Part shown: piece by piece, positions 1 to 13,590 of the stretch
Position numbering within the stretch: position 1 is the stretch's first letter
Layout: every line of letters begins with the position of its first letter
Source of the DNA: Chiloscyllium plagiosum
Lineage: Eukaryota
Assembly: GCF_004010195.1 (NCBI RefSeq)
Contig: NC_057719.1
Coordinates: forward strand, 78,849,678 to 78,913,677
Direction: 5' to 3'
Length of the DNA stretch: 64,000 nt
Made by a program: the position numbers and the translations under genes
Notes under the pieces: generated by a model
Seen by the model: the letters and a program-made list of their open reading frames with translations, nothing else
What the model was told of the DNA's origin: nothing
The model's database searches: none

Positions 1-291
1 TTCCTTTTAGGAATGAACTGGTCCTGCAACTTCTGCATTATACACAGAAATATCCGCCATTGTTCCTCCACGGTCATCCCTGCTAAGGTATTGCACCATT
101 GAACTTTGGCCAGCTCCTCCCTCATAGCTCCATAGTTCCCTTTATTCAACAGAAGTACTGTCACTTCTGACTGTACCCTCTCCCTCTCAAATTGCAGATT
201 GAAGCTTAATGTATTATGGTCACTGCTTCCCAATGGCTCCTTCACTTCAAGGTCTCTGACCAATTCTGGTTTGTTACACAATACCAGATTT
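1..291 (-). mobile_element. CR1 LINE ORF2 fragment (end of endonuclease domain), runs off the window start
   Basis: Minus strand reads LVRDLEVKEPLGSSDHNTLSFNLQFERE...LNKGNYGAMREELAKVQW, the typical CR1 APE SDH motif. Confidence 0.85.
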
Positions 292-299
292 CGAAATGG

Positions 300-830
300 A
301 GGAGTCAGTCAGGGACGGAGGTAGGACATTTGAGTGAATCAGAGGTAGGGTAACTGAATGTGTGTGAGGTTGAATGAGTGAAGGTGAGTGAGGGAGTGTC
401 AATGCCTGAAGAAGGGTAAAAAATGCAGGAGGGTCAGTGAGTGAGGGAGGGTGACTGAAGAAGAGAGTATGAGTAAGGAAGGAAGAGTGAATGAGTGAAG
501 GTGCTAGAGGAAGTGGTGGTGGCTGGTACAATTACAACATTTAAAAGGGATGTGGATGGGTACATGGATAGGAAGGGGTTAGAGGGATAAAGGCCAAATG
601 CTGGCACATAGGACTAGATTAATTTAGGATATCTGTTTGGCATGACCAAGTTAGGCCAAAGGATCGGTTTCTGTGCTGTACGTCTCTGTGACTGTAAGTC
701 CCACTCTGTATCTTCATCTAATGTTCCTCCTGTGTGAGGGAAGGTTGATTAGTGAGGGAGGGTCAGTGACTGAAGGTGGGTGTGATAGTGTATGAATGAA
801 GATGGGTGACTGAGTTTAGATTAGTGTATA
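300..830. repeat. Purine-rich degenerate (GAGT/GAGG) low-complexity tract interrupted by a CR1 3' end at ~505-695 (+)
   Basis: Repeated gtgagtga/gagggaggg words. The internal ggaagtggtggtggctggtacaattacaacatttaaaagg... matches other CR1/HER1 3' ends in the window. Confidence 0.7.
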
Positions 831-3800
831 AGGGGCCCCCCAGGTGAAGCAGGCTCCTCAAGTGACATTTGTTCAGGAGAATTTCCACTGCCCGTTGTCC
901 ATAACTGAGCTGCGGTGTGGCAGCAATATGTTTGTTTCACAACTATTTCCCCAGCACTGAATCCCTTTCTTTATGAAGCCCGTGCCTGTGTAGAAATGGG
1001 CGGCCAGACAGAAAAGGTTGGCGGGTAAAAGATGGCAACAAAATTCACTGGATTCACATCTTGCATCAGTCATGAAACACCAGAATTGTGTTTCAGGTAG
1101 CTGTGCCATCAGCCATGTCCCTCCCTATGTCTTTGTGGATGGTTCACAAATTCACCATGTATTGTCAGTGATGCATCTGCGTGATTTCGTTTTGTGCAAA
1201 AATGAGATTTAAAAAAGAGAAGTGGAACAAGGGTGTATTTTGAATGAATTTTCATTGTGGAAAGGAGTATTTTTGCAGCCCATGAAATGTTGTAAATTGA
1301 ACACAAGTGCCATGAGAGACATAAGTCAGGCATCCTTTTCTGGCAAAATTAATTGATATTCAACCCCAGTACCATATATAAGACTAACTGCAGAAGGTTA
1401 TAGCAGGCTCATACACCCCCAGTCAGTCAGTCCCCAGATGACAGGTTAACTATTCCCAGTAAATTACAACCTGCCACAGCTAGAACAAGATGATAGAATC
1501 CGATGGGAAGTGTTACCTGATTGGACTTCCCCATTATACCAAGCACATACCTGTTATGCTGATTATATACAGTTGGCGTTTTGAGCCAGCTGCTTTCTGT
1601 GGAACTGCACAATAAGAACTCTTTTTTAAATCTATATACGAGAAAAATGTAGGTGGCATAAATATATTATTATCCATTGCTTTGGGCAGGTTTCCCCTAT
1701 CTTGCTTCATTCTGCCTTAAAGTAATGCTCCAACCTTAAGTGAAGTTTGTGATTTGATGCTAATAACATTATAGGGAAACTGGTTAAGTCAGTTCTCATT
1801 AATACTGTAGTTAGCCCCTCAGTCACATCTGACATTTCACTAATTGTGGTAAGTTGCAAGTCCAAGTCTCACTCCAGGTCATATTGCAGTCTGTATTGCA
1901 GACTGAAATCTCAGTGTGAATAAATGTGCAAATAGTCAGAAATATCATTCTTATGGATGATATTTTTGAGACCCACATCCAATGTTTGAGTTGAAAATAA
2001 ACAATCCCATGCCATTACTGAAGAGCAATGTGTTCTCCTGGACTCCTGGCCAACACTTGTTGCTTAACTAACGTGATTCAACTAATCCTTTGTATCAGTT
2101 ACTTGCTCAATACTGCAGTATGTGCAGTTCCTGATTTACACAACGGCACAGGCATTTCAAAATAATTCATTATGTGAAAAACAGAGAGAGATGGGGCAAG
2201 TTTTAAAAAGAATACAAAGCTTTCTTATTACAGAGTTATAAAAGTAACCTTCCCCCAGGCACCATAGCCTAATGATGAAACTGATGCTGTCAGAAAGATC
2301 AAAAGATGATATTGGACTAGCAGCAGCTTGTAATGAGAGAGGTGTACTTATTATCCTGTGATTTACAGATGTAAATAAAAAACTGTTACAGTACATCAGA
2401 GGTGGAAGAGCGTTACTTAGAGTAAAGTGACCAACAGTACATAGACATCCACAGCCCAGAGATACAAAGGACAGATATCTAAATATAATAGCACCAGTAT
2501 TTGTGTAAAGAATATAACAAAGATAATGCACTTCAAAGAGGAAATCTGTAATTGTACTGCTGGGTGTTTTTTGAAATAAGGACAATATGAAATTTTCAGT
2601 GCCCACACTGAATATGTGAAAACCATCATTAGTTATTAGGTGTACCCACCAGAAATAAATGTAACATTTGTTAATTATGTTCAAAAATGGCTCTTCTGTT
2701 TTCTAGGGTAAGTCATTGACTGCTAAGCGTCTTACTGGTCTCATGCAGTCCTCCTGACGGACATCCAGAGCTGCCTGCTGCAGAGAATGAAGGAGCCTGT
2801 ACCTGCATTCCAGGGAGTCACCACATGAAGGAGCCACTGTGAAGGGTCGTGCTGTAAAACTAGACAAAACGATCATCTTTGAACATTGTAATCTTTCCTC
2901 TGTGCAGAATGAATTTGAGTTACTGCAGATGTCATTGAAAAATCTTTTTGTTTTTTTAAGAATAGTGGGTCAAGGCCCAGGCATGGTGGAGCAGAAATTG
3001 AATTTTTGGCTGTCAGTGAAACCATAAAGTAGTTTCTCACAATCTGTAACAAAAGGTGAAGAACTGATGAAATGCTCATGCATACAGTTCTATTCAGTCA
3101 GTGCTCAGCACAGTTGAGCAATACGTTTTAGCTAGGGATATATGAATTGCATGCTGCTAGCTGTTTAAGTCATTTCCTTCCCTGTCTCTTATTCACAGCT
3201 GATAGTATCTCCCACAGGTAGATTGCTGGCAGCTTCATACTTCAACTTAACTGCCTGTCATTGGTGTCGTTTCTTTGTCAGTTCTGAAGCATCTCAGAGA
3301 AACACAGTAGATGGTATTTAATGTACCTTCTGTTGGCCATAAAGGAGCAGCACATGCATGCAGCTCAGAGTGAAAAGGGACGTTTATTTAATGTTGACTG
3401 ACTGCAGAGGTGAGGAGAGAAATCACACAAACCCATTGCACGAATCAGCCTTCAGTTCAGGTTTACTCATAGGAGTTGCAATTGCATTGCGATTAGCTAC
3501 ATTACAGCCAAGATTTCATAGCCTCAATGCTATATTTTGTGCTATGTTACTTTAAGTGTTTCATGACATTCTGGGATCTTAATTGATGAACTTGGCCTTT
3601 GAAAAGCAGGTTTTCTGACCAATATGTTAGTTCCTCAATTAACCACCACTAATGCAAATTAACTGGGCATTTACCTTATTACCTTGCTGTGCACTAATTG
3701 TGGGTGTATTTTGCATACATAGATATGACCATTTTGCCAAAGGGCTTTGTTGTCTCAAAGATCTGAAACATTTTAAGTTTCTGAATATGAAAAATTAATG

Positions 3801-6649
3801 GAAGATCTTTCTTATCACCATGGGGAGTTTTTCAGTCTCTTGTCAAATTTCTATTCTAATTAAAATTATTCGCACAATCACTTTTAATTCAAATGAGGTA
3901 GAACATTAATTCTATGTATTTAATTTTGTTTAATGCATAACATAGGAGTAGCCCTTATGAAATGCGTTAGTTCTCAGTTTTCAGTATTGTAATTCATTTA
4001 CATGCTCATACACGTTTATTAATGTTTGCTTGTATTTTGCCACAATTGTCCTAAGTATCATCTGTACACCACTACCACTGCCCATACAAATCTCTCAATT
4101 TGCAAATTTAGAAATTATACTTCTAATTCCATTTGTGTAAATGGTGAGCAATTATAGTTCCAGTACCAATTCCCATGGAACGTCGATTCTCATCTTCCCC
4201 CCCAGACTGAGTAACTACCTTCCATCCCTTAGTCGCTGTTTGTAGCCATTTTGCTTTCCATTCTGTTCCTCTTGTCCACTCACTCAACGTTCTGTGACTT
4301 TTATCATGAGTCCATTGTGCAGTAAATGTCAAAATCAAACAAACACAGAATTCTGGAGCAACTCAACAGGTCTGGCAACACCTGTGGAGACAGAAAAACA
4401 GAGGTAATGTTTTGAACAGTTCTTTTCAAAGGTCAAGTACATTCCCATATGAATTAGGAGCAGAAGGAGACCATGTCACTATTTGAACCGGCTTCATCTT
4501 TCAATAAGATTGTGGCTGGCTGACTTGTGGATCCAACTCTGTATTCCTACCTAGGCCTGGTCATCTGTGACTCCCTTGCTAGTCAAGAATCTATCTACTT
4601 CTGCATCAACAGAATTCAATGACACTATCTCCACCATTCTGTGGAGAAGACTCTCAAATCTGTCAGGAAAAAAAAATCTCCATATTTCCATCTTAAGTAG
4701 AAGACCCCTTATTTTTAAACTGTTTAAACCTAATAATATCTACTGCCTGTAATAAGGTTGGTCAAGCATGAAATCCCTTTGAAATCCACATTCACTACTC
4801 GATTGTATTTCTAGCTTCTAGACAGTTTCCATTTACAATTTAAGGTAAAGATTCTATTATCTTTCCTAACGCCACTGTTAAGTTAAATAGATAAATACGG
4901 TCCCCTGGATGTATTCTATCTCTTCTCTTAGATATAGGAAACATCGCAGCTATCTATCATTCCTTTCACTTTCTAAATAATTTAGTTTTCACCTAACTGT
5001 AGGGATTCTATGAACCTTTTAGCACAAGAGGTGCCATCAGGCATTATCCCCTTGAAATTTAAGTAGAGTCATAGAGGTCTACAGCACAGCAAAAGCTCCT
5101 TTGGCCCATCAAGTCTGTGCTGGTGAGAAACCAAGCATCTAACTATTCTATTCCCACTTTCCAGCACTTGGCCCAGAGCCTTGTATGAGTTGGCATTGAG
5201 TTTCCCAATGGTCTCCCTGCTGTCTTCAATATCTTTATATATTTTTGATCTAACGTCATTAGTCTCAATGGTAAATTCTGACATTAAACTCTCAATATTT
5301 TTGACCATTTCCCTGAATTTATGTCTAACGTTTAAAAGGAGGTGATTCTACCATTCTATCCAACATTTGCACAGCAGTCAATAACATTAAATTTATCACT
5401 ATTGCACTTGGAGAAGTCAGTCATTTTAGAAGAATGATAACATAACAATATGTTGATGCAGCTTCTTAATGTCCGATTCTTGTGCAATGCTGCTACAGCG
5501 CCTTCCAAAACAGAGGAAACTAACTGCTTTGAGTCTCACTGACAGCCTCAGAAGAAAGTTTTATAACTGGTTGTGTTATTGAAAATTATATTGCAGCAAA
5601 ATCTTCACATGCATATATATGTAGAAAAACATGTAAAAATGTTATAAATTGAAGCATGTACATATTTATAACGAAAATGGAAAAAAATTGCATTTTTTGC
5701 TTCATCTTGCTCGTTGTCTCATTCCATGGGCAGAGAACGGTTGTACAGTTGAATATATAGTTAGCAATTCCAATTAAAATTATGTTAAAGGTTTGTCCTA
5801 TGGTCCTTGTTGCAGCCCAGTATCTTTTAGGGATAGTTTTTAGCACCTCTTACATTGATGACACTCATCCTACATTATGACCATGAGAAAGCTATATGTT
5901 TTACACTTGCCAATGTAGGTAATCCATCTCTCTATACTGATCCATGCCCTTTAACATGGGCAATGGACACATAGTTACAGAGTCAGTTTAAAAACAAACT
6001 CCATCATCAAAATAGTTCATCAAATTTTAACAAAACAAAATTCCAGTCAATGGAATACAAAGTAAGTGTTTTCTTTACATGTATATACTTTAAGAACCTT
6101 AGATCTTAATATCAGTAGCAAAATAAACTACGGATGTGAAAAGTGCTGGGTTTTTGGTCAAAAGCAGCAAACTGCTGTAACATTGAGATGGAGTTCGGAG
6201 ATAACCATAGCCTTGGAAAAGAGTGAATTATTTGGTAGCAGAGAGGAAGTCCAAAGAAAATTCAACCTCAAGTTTAAGAAAAGTTTAATTAGTGCATTTG
6301 GTGTTACTTTTATCTTCATGTTGCAGTTCCTCAGTTCAATTCTTTGTAATTAATTCCTAATCTTTCAGTAACTGTGCACGTAGGCATCTGCCCATGTGTG
6401 ATTTGGCATCATATCCTGACTGAAGCACTCACATGAATTGTGTTGGGAATTCTTTTGTCTGTGAAAAGGTTCTATAAAACTGCAAGGTGTTGCTGTCTGA
6501 AGTAGTAAACAAAGTCAGGTTTGAGAGCCTACAGCATTGGAGTTCAGAACAGGTCCAGATGGGAGTGAATTAAATGGCTCAGAAAGTGGTTTGGTAGCAA
6601 TGTATATTAGAATGCTAATAGCAATATCAACACTATATCCTCAATTTTC

Positions 6650-6945
6650 ATAGAATCCTACAGCATGGAAATAGGCCATTTGGCCCATTGAGTCCACACT
6701 GACCCTCCAAAGAGTACACCATCCAGACCCACCCTCCTTACCCTATCCCTGTAACCCTGGATTCCCATGGTTAATCCACCTAAGCTACGCATCTTTGGGA
6801 GAAAACCAGGGCATCTGGACGACACCCATGCAGACACGGGGAGAACATGCAAACTCAACACAGACAGTCACCCAAGAGTGGAATCGAAACCGGGTCCTTG
6901 GTGCTGTCTGGCAGCGGTGTTAACCAATGGGGCATATGCCACCCC
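6650..6945 (-). mobile_element. HE1-like tRNA-derived SINE
   Basis: Shares the core gaaacccacgcagacacggggagaacgtgcaaactccacacagacagt and the tRNA-like head (ggttagcactgctgcctcacagc on the minus strand) with other copies. Confidence 0.85.
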
Positions 6946-7494
6946 TTTATTCCAGTGAATTCCAGATGCTATAGGAAAAGGTGGAAATATTCCCCCTTAT
7001 AGGCTTGGATTAACATCTGGAGAGACCTGGAAGAAGTTTAGTCTCTTGTCTCAGAAGTGACAGTGAGGGGGAAAAAAAAATCAAAGTAATTACAACCACT
7101 AAAACTAAGGTCAAGAATCAAAATCAATCGAAAAGTGCATCAATTTGTACAGAGTTAAAATTATGCTCTGTGTGTTTGTAGACCACATTTTCTTAACTGT
7201 TGGTTGTTTTTCCCCAAATATGTGTTGACAAATGGAACTCTTTTTCTCAAAATGCTCTGGATGTAGAGGTCTCTTGACATTTTCTTGAAAAAAGACTGAT
7301 AGTGGTAGATATTTTTAAAGGGTTTTGTGGAAATGAAGGCAGACAAACAAATGAGTCAATACTGATGGAAAAAGCAGAAGGAATACACAGCCCCTTCTTC
7401 ACCCAAGAGTGGAAACAGAGAGATTCTCACAAGGGTGTTAATGGTTTCCATTGTGATCAATCTCACAAAAGCATACAAACCCACATTCATACAA

Positions 7495-8157
7495 ACAAGG
7501 AGCAGGAGTAGGCCATTCAGCCCCTCTGGCCTGCTGCACCATTGATTAAGAACATGACCAACCTATTCATAGCCTCAAATCCACATTCCTGCCTTCTACC
7601 TTATAACGTGTCAGCCCTTTGCTTTCCAAGAATCTATCCACCTACATCTTCAGAGTATGCAAACTTATGCTTCCACTGCCTTTTCAGAAAGACAGTTGCA
7701 AAGTCTCACAACCCTCGGTGTGAAGAAATGTTGCCTCGTCTCTACTTAATAGAGGCAGACATTTATTTTCAAACAGTGGCCACTTGTTCTTGAATTTTCC
7801 CACAAGAGGAAACCATCCTCTTTACATCTTCCTTCCCAAGTCCCCTCAGGATTTTATCTGCTTCAATCAAGTTGCCGCTTAATCTTCTAAGCTCCAGTGG
7901 ATAAAAGCTTGGGCTGTCCAGCCTTTCCTTATACGATCACTCACCCGTTCCAGATATTAGTCCAGTAAACTTTGTTTGAACCACTTCCAATGCATTTACC
8001 AATGCAATACAATCCAAACAGGGTGACCATTCCTGTAGTAGACAGGACTCCAGATGTGGTCCAATCAGTGCCCTGTAATAATGGAAGATGTAACCTTTTG
8101 TATTCAATTCCCCACATGATACATGATAATATTCTATTAGCTTTCCTAATTACTTGC
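7495..8157 (-). mobile_element. Degenerate CR1 LINE 3' portion
   Basis: ggagcaggagtaggccattcagcccc 3' UTR motif and similarity to the CR1 copy at 41325-41950. Confidence 0.65.
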
Positions 8158-8835
8158 TGAGATGACTTGTTTTAAAAGGAAACTTCAAGCAAATGTCAGG
8201 GCAAACCAAAAAAACCCTAATTGAGCCATTCATTTGAAGGCACGCTCTCTGTCTCTACCTCTGTCTTTGGAACCACCACTGGGAAATGTATCATTCATTC
8301 ATAACATTATCTCCCCATGGGCTTATCACTCCATTTGGAAGCACAAAATCGCTAGCACAAACTATGCATGTAAAATATGTACAATAGCTCTTCCAGGGTT
8401 CCAGCAGAAAAAAATAGTTTAGTGCCAGATGGAAAGACTGTAAAGATTTGGCACTTCAAAGCTTTCTGAATGGTTGGTAATGCAGTGGAAAGCACCAAAA
8501 CCTGAGCAATTGCTGTATCACTTTGAGTTTTTTATTGTTATAAATAAAATGCTGAAAATGGCAATATATGAGGTGATTCCCTATTTACTGCGCATCAAAT
8601 CTATTGGAACAGCATGGCTTCCTCCTCATGGATACCTCAAGGTCAGTTGAGCTCAGTGAAAAAGCCTAATCATCCACTATCATTGATTAACATCTGTTGT
8701 GCATTGTCTCCACACCATAGTCTAGCAGGTATGTGCAGCCACCTAGTGTCCCATTGATCCACAAATGTCCTAGAATTGGCTCTACTCAGGTAGAATAATT
8801 GGCCATGACTGACTTGATCCACAGAAGCTATGACG

Positions 8836-9045
8836 TGGAGGTGCCCGTGTTGGACTGGGGTGGACAAGGTCAGAAGTCACACAACAGCAAGTTCTGGTCC
8901 AAAAGGTTCATTTGAAATCACAGACTTCCAGAGTGCCACCTCTTTGTCAAGTGAAGTGACAAAGGAGCAGTATTCTGAAAGTTTGTGACTTCATATAAAC
9001 CTATTGGACCATAACCTGGTTTGGTATGACTTCTAATCTTGTTGT
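8836..9045. mobile_element. Palindromic Penelope-like terminal-repeat remnant with decayed hammerhead core
   Basis: Inverted arms at ~8864-8950 and ~8956-9043. gTGACAAaggagcagtattctGAAA at 8956-8980 resembles a mutated CUGANGA-stem-GAAA. A related fragment lies at 15851-15925. Confidence 0.6.
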
Positions 9046-9207
9046 ATGGAAATTGTTGCACTTGAAGTGGGAAGTGGGAAGTGTGAAAGGGTGACCAATG
9101 AGGACAAGATTGAATTGGTCTGTGACAGTCTTTACAATAAAATTTTAGCTCAAGCATTCAAGAAGAATTAGCCACTGCCTAAAACTCTGCTGCACCCAGT
9201 GAAACTA

Positions 9208-9506
9208 TGATTAGATTAGATTCCCCACAGTGTGGAAACAAGCCCTTTGGCCCAACAAGTCCACATCAACCCTCTAAAGAGCAACCCACCTCCCTCTGAC
9301 TAATGCACTTAACACTATGGGCAATTTAGCATGGCCAATTCACCTGACCTGCACACCTTTCAATTGTGGGATGAAACTGGAGCAAACCCACACAAACACT
9401 GGGAGGATGTGCAAACTCCACACAGATAGTCACCCGAGGCTGGAATTGAACCTGGGTCCCTCGTGCCGTGAGGCAGTAGTCAAACTCTGAGCCACCATGC
9501 CGCCCT
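9208..9506 (-). mobile_element. HE1-like SINE
   Basis: (GATTA)n tail, HE1-like core and tRNA-like head. Confidence 0.88.
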
Positions 9507-10644
9507 AATTATCATCCCCCATAGTCAACACCTTCAGATGAAAAGGCCAAGGACAAAGTTTCTGCAAGTGTGCATATTGGAGCTTTCTTTTCAATTTAAA
9601 ATGGTGCTCTAAGTTTTGATTGGATTGTATGACATTTCAATCATCTCGAGCAACAACCTGATCTACTATATCTCTCGAGGAACAATTAGCTCCAAATCAC
9701 TAACAGTGCTCCAAACAAATGGTTTACTTCTGCCTTTTAATTTAGAAAAATTCAGAGATCAGCCAGGCTGTCACCAATCCATTTGTCCTTCAATCTGCCA
9801 TTCTACAGCTCAGCAGATTAATCCCTCAAAGTGTTATTCTATAGCAATCTACCATTCTAAAGCAAATGTAAAACCTTGACGCTCAACGGGTATCTTCCAT
9901 TCACCATCTTTAGTCTTTAGAGTTTAGTTTTACATTTTGACTTACACTGTCCCCATGTATCGGTGGGGAGGGGAAAAAAATGAAGACTTATCAGTTAAAG
10001 ACAAAATGGCTGCCACTACAAGCAGGGTGGGCAGAGTAAGTTATTGTTTTTTCTCATCTGTTCTCATGTGAGGCTCTGCCAATGCCAGATGTATGAATCT
10101 TGCATCCATTGATACTGTAATTCCATTCACCTGTCATCAAATTGGATTTTATTGATAGAGCATTCTTTTGTCATCATGAACATTACAAATTATGGTCTCA
10201 AGCAATCATAACCATTACATACTTTACACTAAATGGCCCCCAGTCATGTCAGATCTGTAAATTTCTACCTTACACTGGATGACATCACTTTGGGAGCTGC
10301 CACATTCTCACAGTGTGGAAGTGTCTGTATTTAATTCCCACAATCTAACACTTGCTCACTGGATCTGCAACATACACCTGCATAAGTTTACAGAGCTCCT
10401 TATCAAGATATGACATTAGCCTCCTTGATACACTATGTGAGGAAATAATATGTTTCATTGTGATTGATGTGAAAAATCAGGAGCGTCATCATTGGAATGC
10501 TGTCTACTTCCAACATTCCTCGCAAATGATCCAATCATCAGAAATGGAACTCATGTTTGGAGGATCCCATTGCTGACTATTAGATGCCAGCATCGAAGAT
10601 GACAGCAAGCCCAGGTACATCCAATAGCTGCCACATAGTCTCTG

Positions 10645-12220
10645 GAGGTCATGCCTGATAAATCTGCTAGAATTCATTGAGAAAGTAACAAGCAGGTTAG
10701 ACCAAGGAGAGCCAATGGATATTATCTACCTGGACTTCTAGAAGGCCTTTGACAAGGTGCCGCATAGGAGGCTGCCAAGTAAAATAAGGGCCTATTGTTT
10801 TAGAGGCAAGGTGCTAGCATGGACAGAAGCATGGCTGTCTGGCAGAAAGATGAGGGTGGGGGTAAAATGGTCAGTGTTGGGACCACAACTTGTCACTTTA
10901 TTCATTAATGATCCAGATGAAGGAACTGAGGACATTCTGGCTATGTTTGCAGATGATACAAAATCAGATAGAGGGACAGGTAGCATTGAGGAGGTGGGAG
11001 GCTAAAGAAGGATTTGGACAGATTAGGAGAGTGGGCAAAGAAATGACAGATGGAGTACAATGTGGGAAAGTGTGAGGTCATGCACTTTGGTAGGAAGAAT
11101 AGAGGCATGAACTATTTTCTAAATGGGGAGAGAATTCAGAAGGCTGAAGTGCAAAGGGTCTTCGGAGTTCTAGTCCAGGATTCTCTCAAGGTAAACTTGC
11201 AGGTTGAGTCAGTAGTTAGGAAGGCAAATGCAATAATGGGATTTATTTTGTGAGAACTTGAAAATAAAATCAGGGATGTCTTCTGAGGCTCTATAAGGCT
11301 CTGGTCAGGCCACATATGGAGTATAGTGTGCAGTTTTGTGCCCCATATCTCAGGAAGGATGTACTGGCTCTGAAGTAGGTTCAGAGGAGATTCACGTGAA
11401 TGGTCCCAGGAATGAAAAGGTTAACATACGTTAAGGACTCTGGGTCTATATTTGATGGAGTTTAGAAGGATGAGGGGGGAATCTAATTAAAACTTACAGA
11501 ATACTGAATGGCCTGGACAGCTTGGATGTTGGGAAGATGTTTCCATTGGTAGGAGAGACTCAGACCCAAGGGCACAGACTTAGAGTAAAGGGAAGACCCT
11601 TTAGAACAGACATAAGGAGAAACTTCTTCAGCCAGAGAGTGGGGAATCCATGGAATTCACCACAGAAAGAAGTCTGTGGAGGCCAGGTCATTGAGTATGT
11701 TTAAAACCAAGATGGATAGGTTTTTTGATTGTCAAGGAGATCAAGGGTTACGGAGAGAAAGCAGGAGAATGGGATTAGATTAGATTTTTTTTAGATTTTT
11801 AGATTACATTACAGTGTGGAAACAGGCCCTTTGGCCCAACAAGTCCACACCGACCCGCCGAAGCGCAACCCACCCATACCCCTACATTTATCTCTTACCT
11901 AACACTACGGGCAATTTAGCATGGACAATTCACCTGACCTGCACATCTTTGGACTGTGGGAGGAAACCGGAGCACCCGGAGGAAACCCATGCAGACACGG
12001 GGAGAACGTGCAAACTCCACACAGACAGTTGCCCGAGGTGGGAATCAAACCGGGTCCCTGGCGCTGTGAGGCAGCGGTGCTAACCACTGTGCCACTGTGC
12101 TGCCCACTAAATGAAGAGCCACTAAATTAAGAAACATATCAGCCATGATTGAAAGGCAGAGCAGACTCGATGGGCTGAATGGCCTAATTTCTGCTCCTAT
12201 AGCTTATGATGTCATGGTCT
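10645..12220 (+). mobile_element. 5'-truncated CR1 LINE (RT and 3' UTR), interrupted by an HE1-like SINE
   Basis: ORFs SVLGPQLVTLFINDPDEG..MFADDTK, MEYNVGKCEVMHFGRKN and RRNFFSQRV. The 3' UTR resumes at ~12130 after the SINE. Confidence 0.92.
11775..12106 (-). mobile_element. HE1-like SINE nested in the CR1 3' UTR
   Basis: Nearly intact head, core and (AATCT)n tail, in opposite orientation to the host CR1. Confidence 0.92.
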
Positions 12221-12795
12221 TTAATTCTGCTTTATCTTCATTTCATTTGTAAAATAAACATCTGTTTTATTGCTACAATCAAGCATGCAATATTCCATGC
12301 TTATGTTTCAGTGCAAGACCACCTCATCAAAACCAAAACAAAAGAAACGCAATCTCTCAAGATAGATTTCAGTCTGGGTTCGGAATTGTCCTGTAATCAC
12401 TTCAGCTGGGATCAGAACACAAGTAACTCTCCAAAGGCCTTGTCATAATCCATTCACTTCTCTCATTCAGTGCTGGGTGCTATAGTGTTATTAGCGCATG
12501 TTTGACTCCATTCTTACTCAGGAATGGTCTTCTGATATAAACTGTGGGCCATTATCTGACACCAGTGTCTCCAACAACCCTCAAATGGCAGACTTCTCAA
12601 AAACCTCAATACTTTTCTCAAATCTGGTATTTGACAGTCAACTAAAACAAGTTCCATTCCACTTCAAAGAAAATCCCATGTACCCATTACTGCAGTTTTG
12701 CCCTTGAACATCTTCTAATCAACCTGTTCAGAGAGATATCATTGTACACCTCTGAAGCAAATGGGACTTGAAATCAGGCATCCTTGCCAATCTCT

Positions 12796-13000
12796 AGGAG
12801 AAAGTGAGGACTGCAGATGCTGGAGATCAGAGCTGAAAAATGTGTTGCTGGAAAAACGCAGCAGGTCAGGCAGCATCCAAGGAGCAGGAGAATCGATGTT
12901 TCAGGCATAAGCCCTTCTTCAGGAATGCCCGAAACGTCGATTCTCCTGTTCCTTGGATGCTGCCTGACCTGCTGCGCTTTTCCAGCAACACATTTTTCAG
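12796..13000. mobile_element. Palindromic Penelope-like short insertion with 16-bp TSD
   Basis: TSD atccttgccaatctct at 12780-12795 and 13001-13016. 76-bp inverted arms at 12833-12908 and 12925-13000. Same sequence as the terminus of the RT-bearing PLE at 26638. Confidence 0.88.
12891..12926 (-). ncRNA. Minimal hammerhead ribozyme motif (PLE-type)
   Basis: Minus strand reads auuc CUGAAGA a gggc uuau gccu GAAA cAUC gauu. Confidence 0.65.
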
Positions 13001-13259
13001 ATCCTTGCCAATCTCTGGCAGACATACGGGATGTTATTTGCCCTTCAGCTCTCAGCAACAGGCAGTAGACAGTCCCAGGGCCCTACAGACCAGAGAATGC
13101 GAGAGAGATTTCTGCTGTCAGCCCCAGTGTTTTCCAGAAAGATAAGAAAGCAGCCCAGTCTGCTGCTTTAAAACAGTAATCATTATGTTAAAATTTCCGA
13201 TAAGCCACATTCCTAATTATGACAGAAAATAGCAGAAAGTTCAGGGATAGCAAGAAAAG

Positions 13260-13590
13260 AAAATCTTGCATTTACACATACACTTTTCACAACCTCCCAA
13301 AGCACTTTATAGCCAGTGCTTTACTTTTTAGGTGTAGCTATTATTGTAATGTAAGAAGCACAGCAGCTAATCCGCACAAAGAAAACATTCACAAACAGGC
13401 ATCAACGTGATGATTGGATAAACTGTTTTATTGTTGCAGGTTGAGGGATAAATATGGACAACTGGGACAATTCTTTGCTTTCCTTTGAAAAGGGCCGTGC
13501 AGCGGAGAGGGCAGACAGAGTATTTGTCTATTGTCTCATTGGTTACCTCTCTTTCATTCAGCAACACTCCCACTCTAACACTGCACACCA
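13260..13590 (-). mobile_element. Old Deu-domain SINE-like repeat (SacSINE1-like)
   Basis: Shares cttgcattta...cccaaagcacttt...gcacagcaagatcccacaaacagcaatgtga with copies at ~29800, 37190, 58660 and 63200. Confidence 0.55.

Noticed and set aside
2157..2684. 175-aa ORF
   Set aside because: No recognisable domain, an AT-rich Phe/Ile/Leu composition and no splice support.
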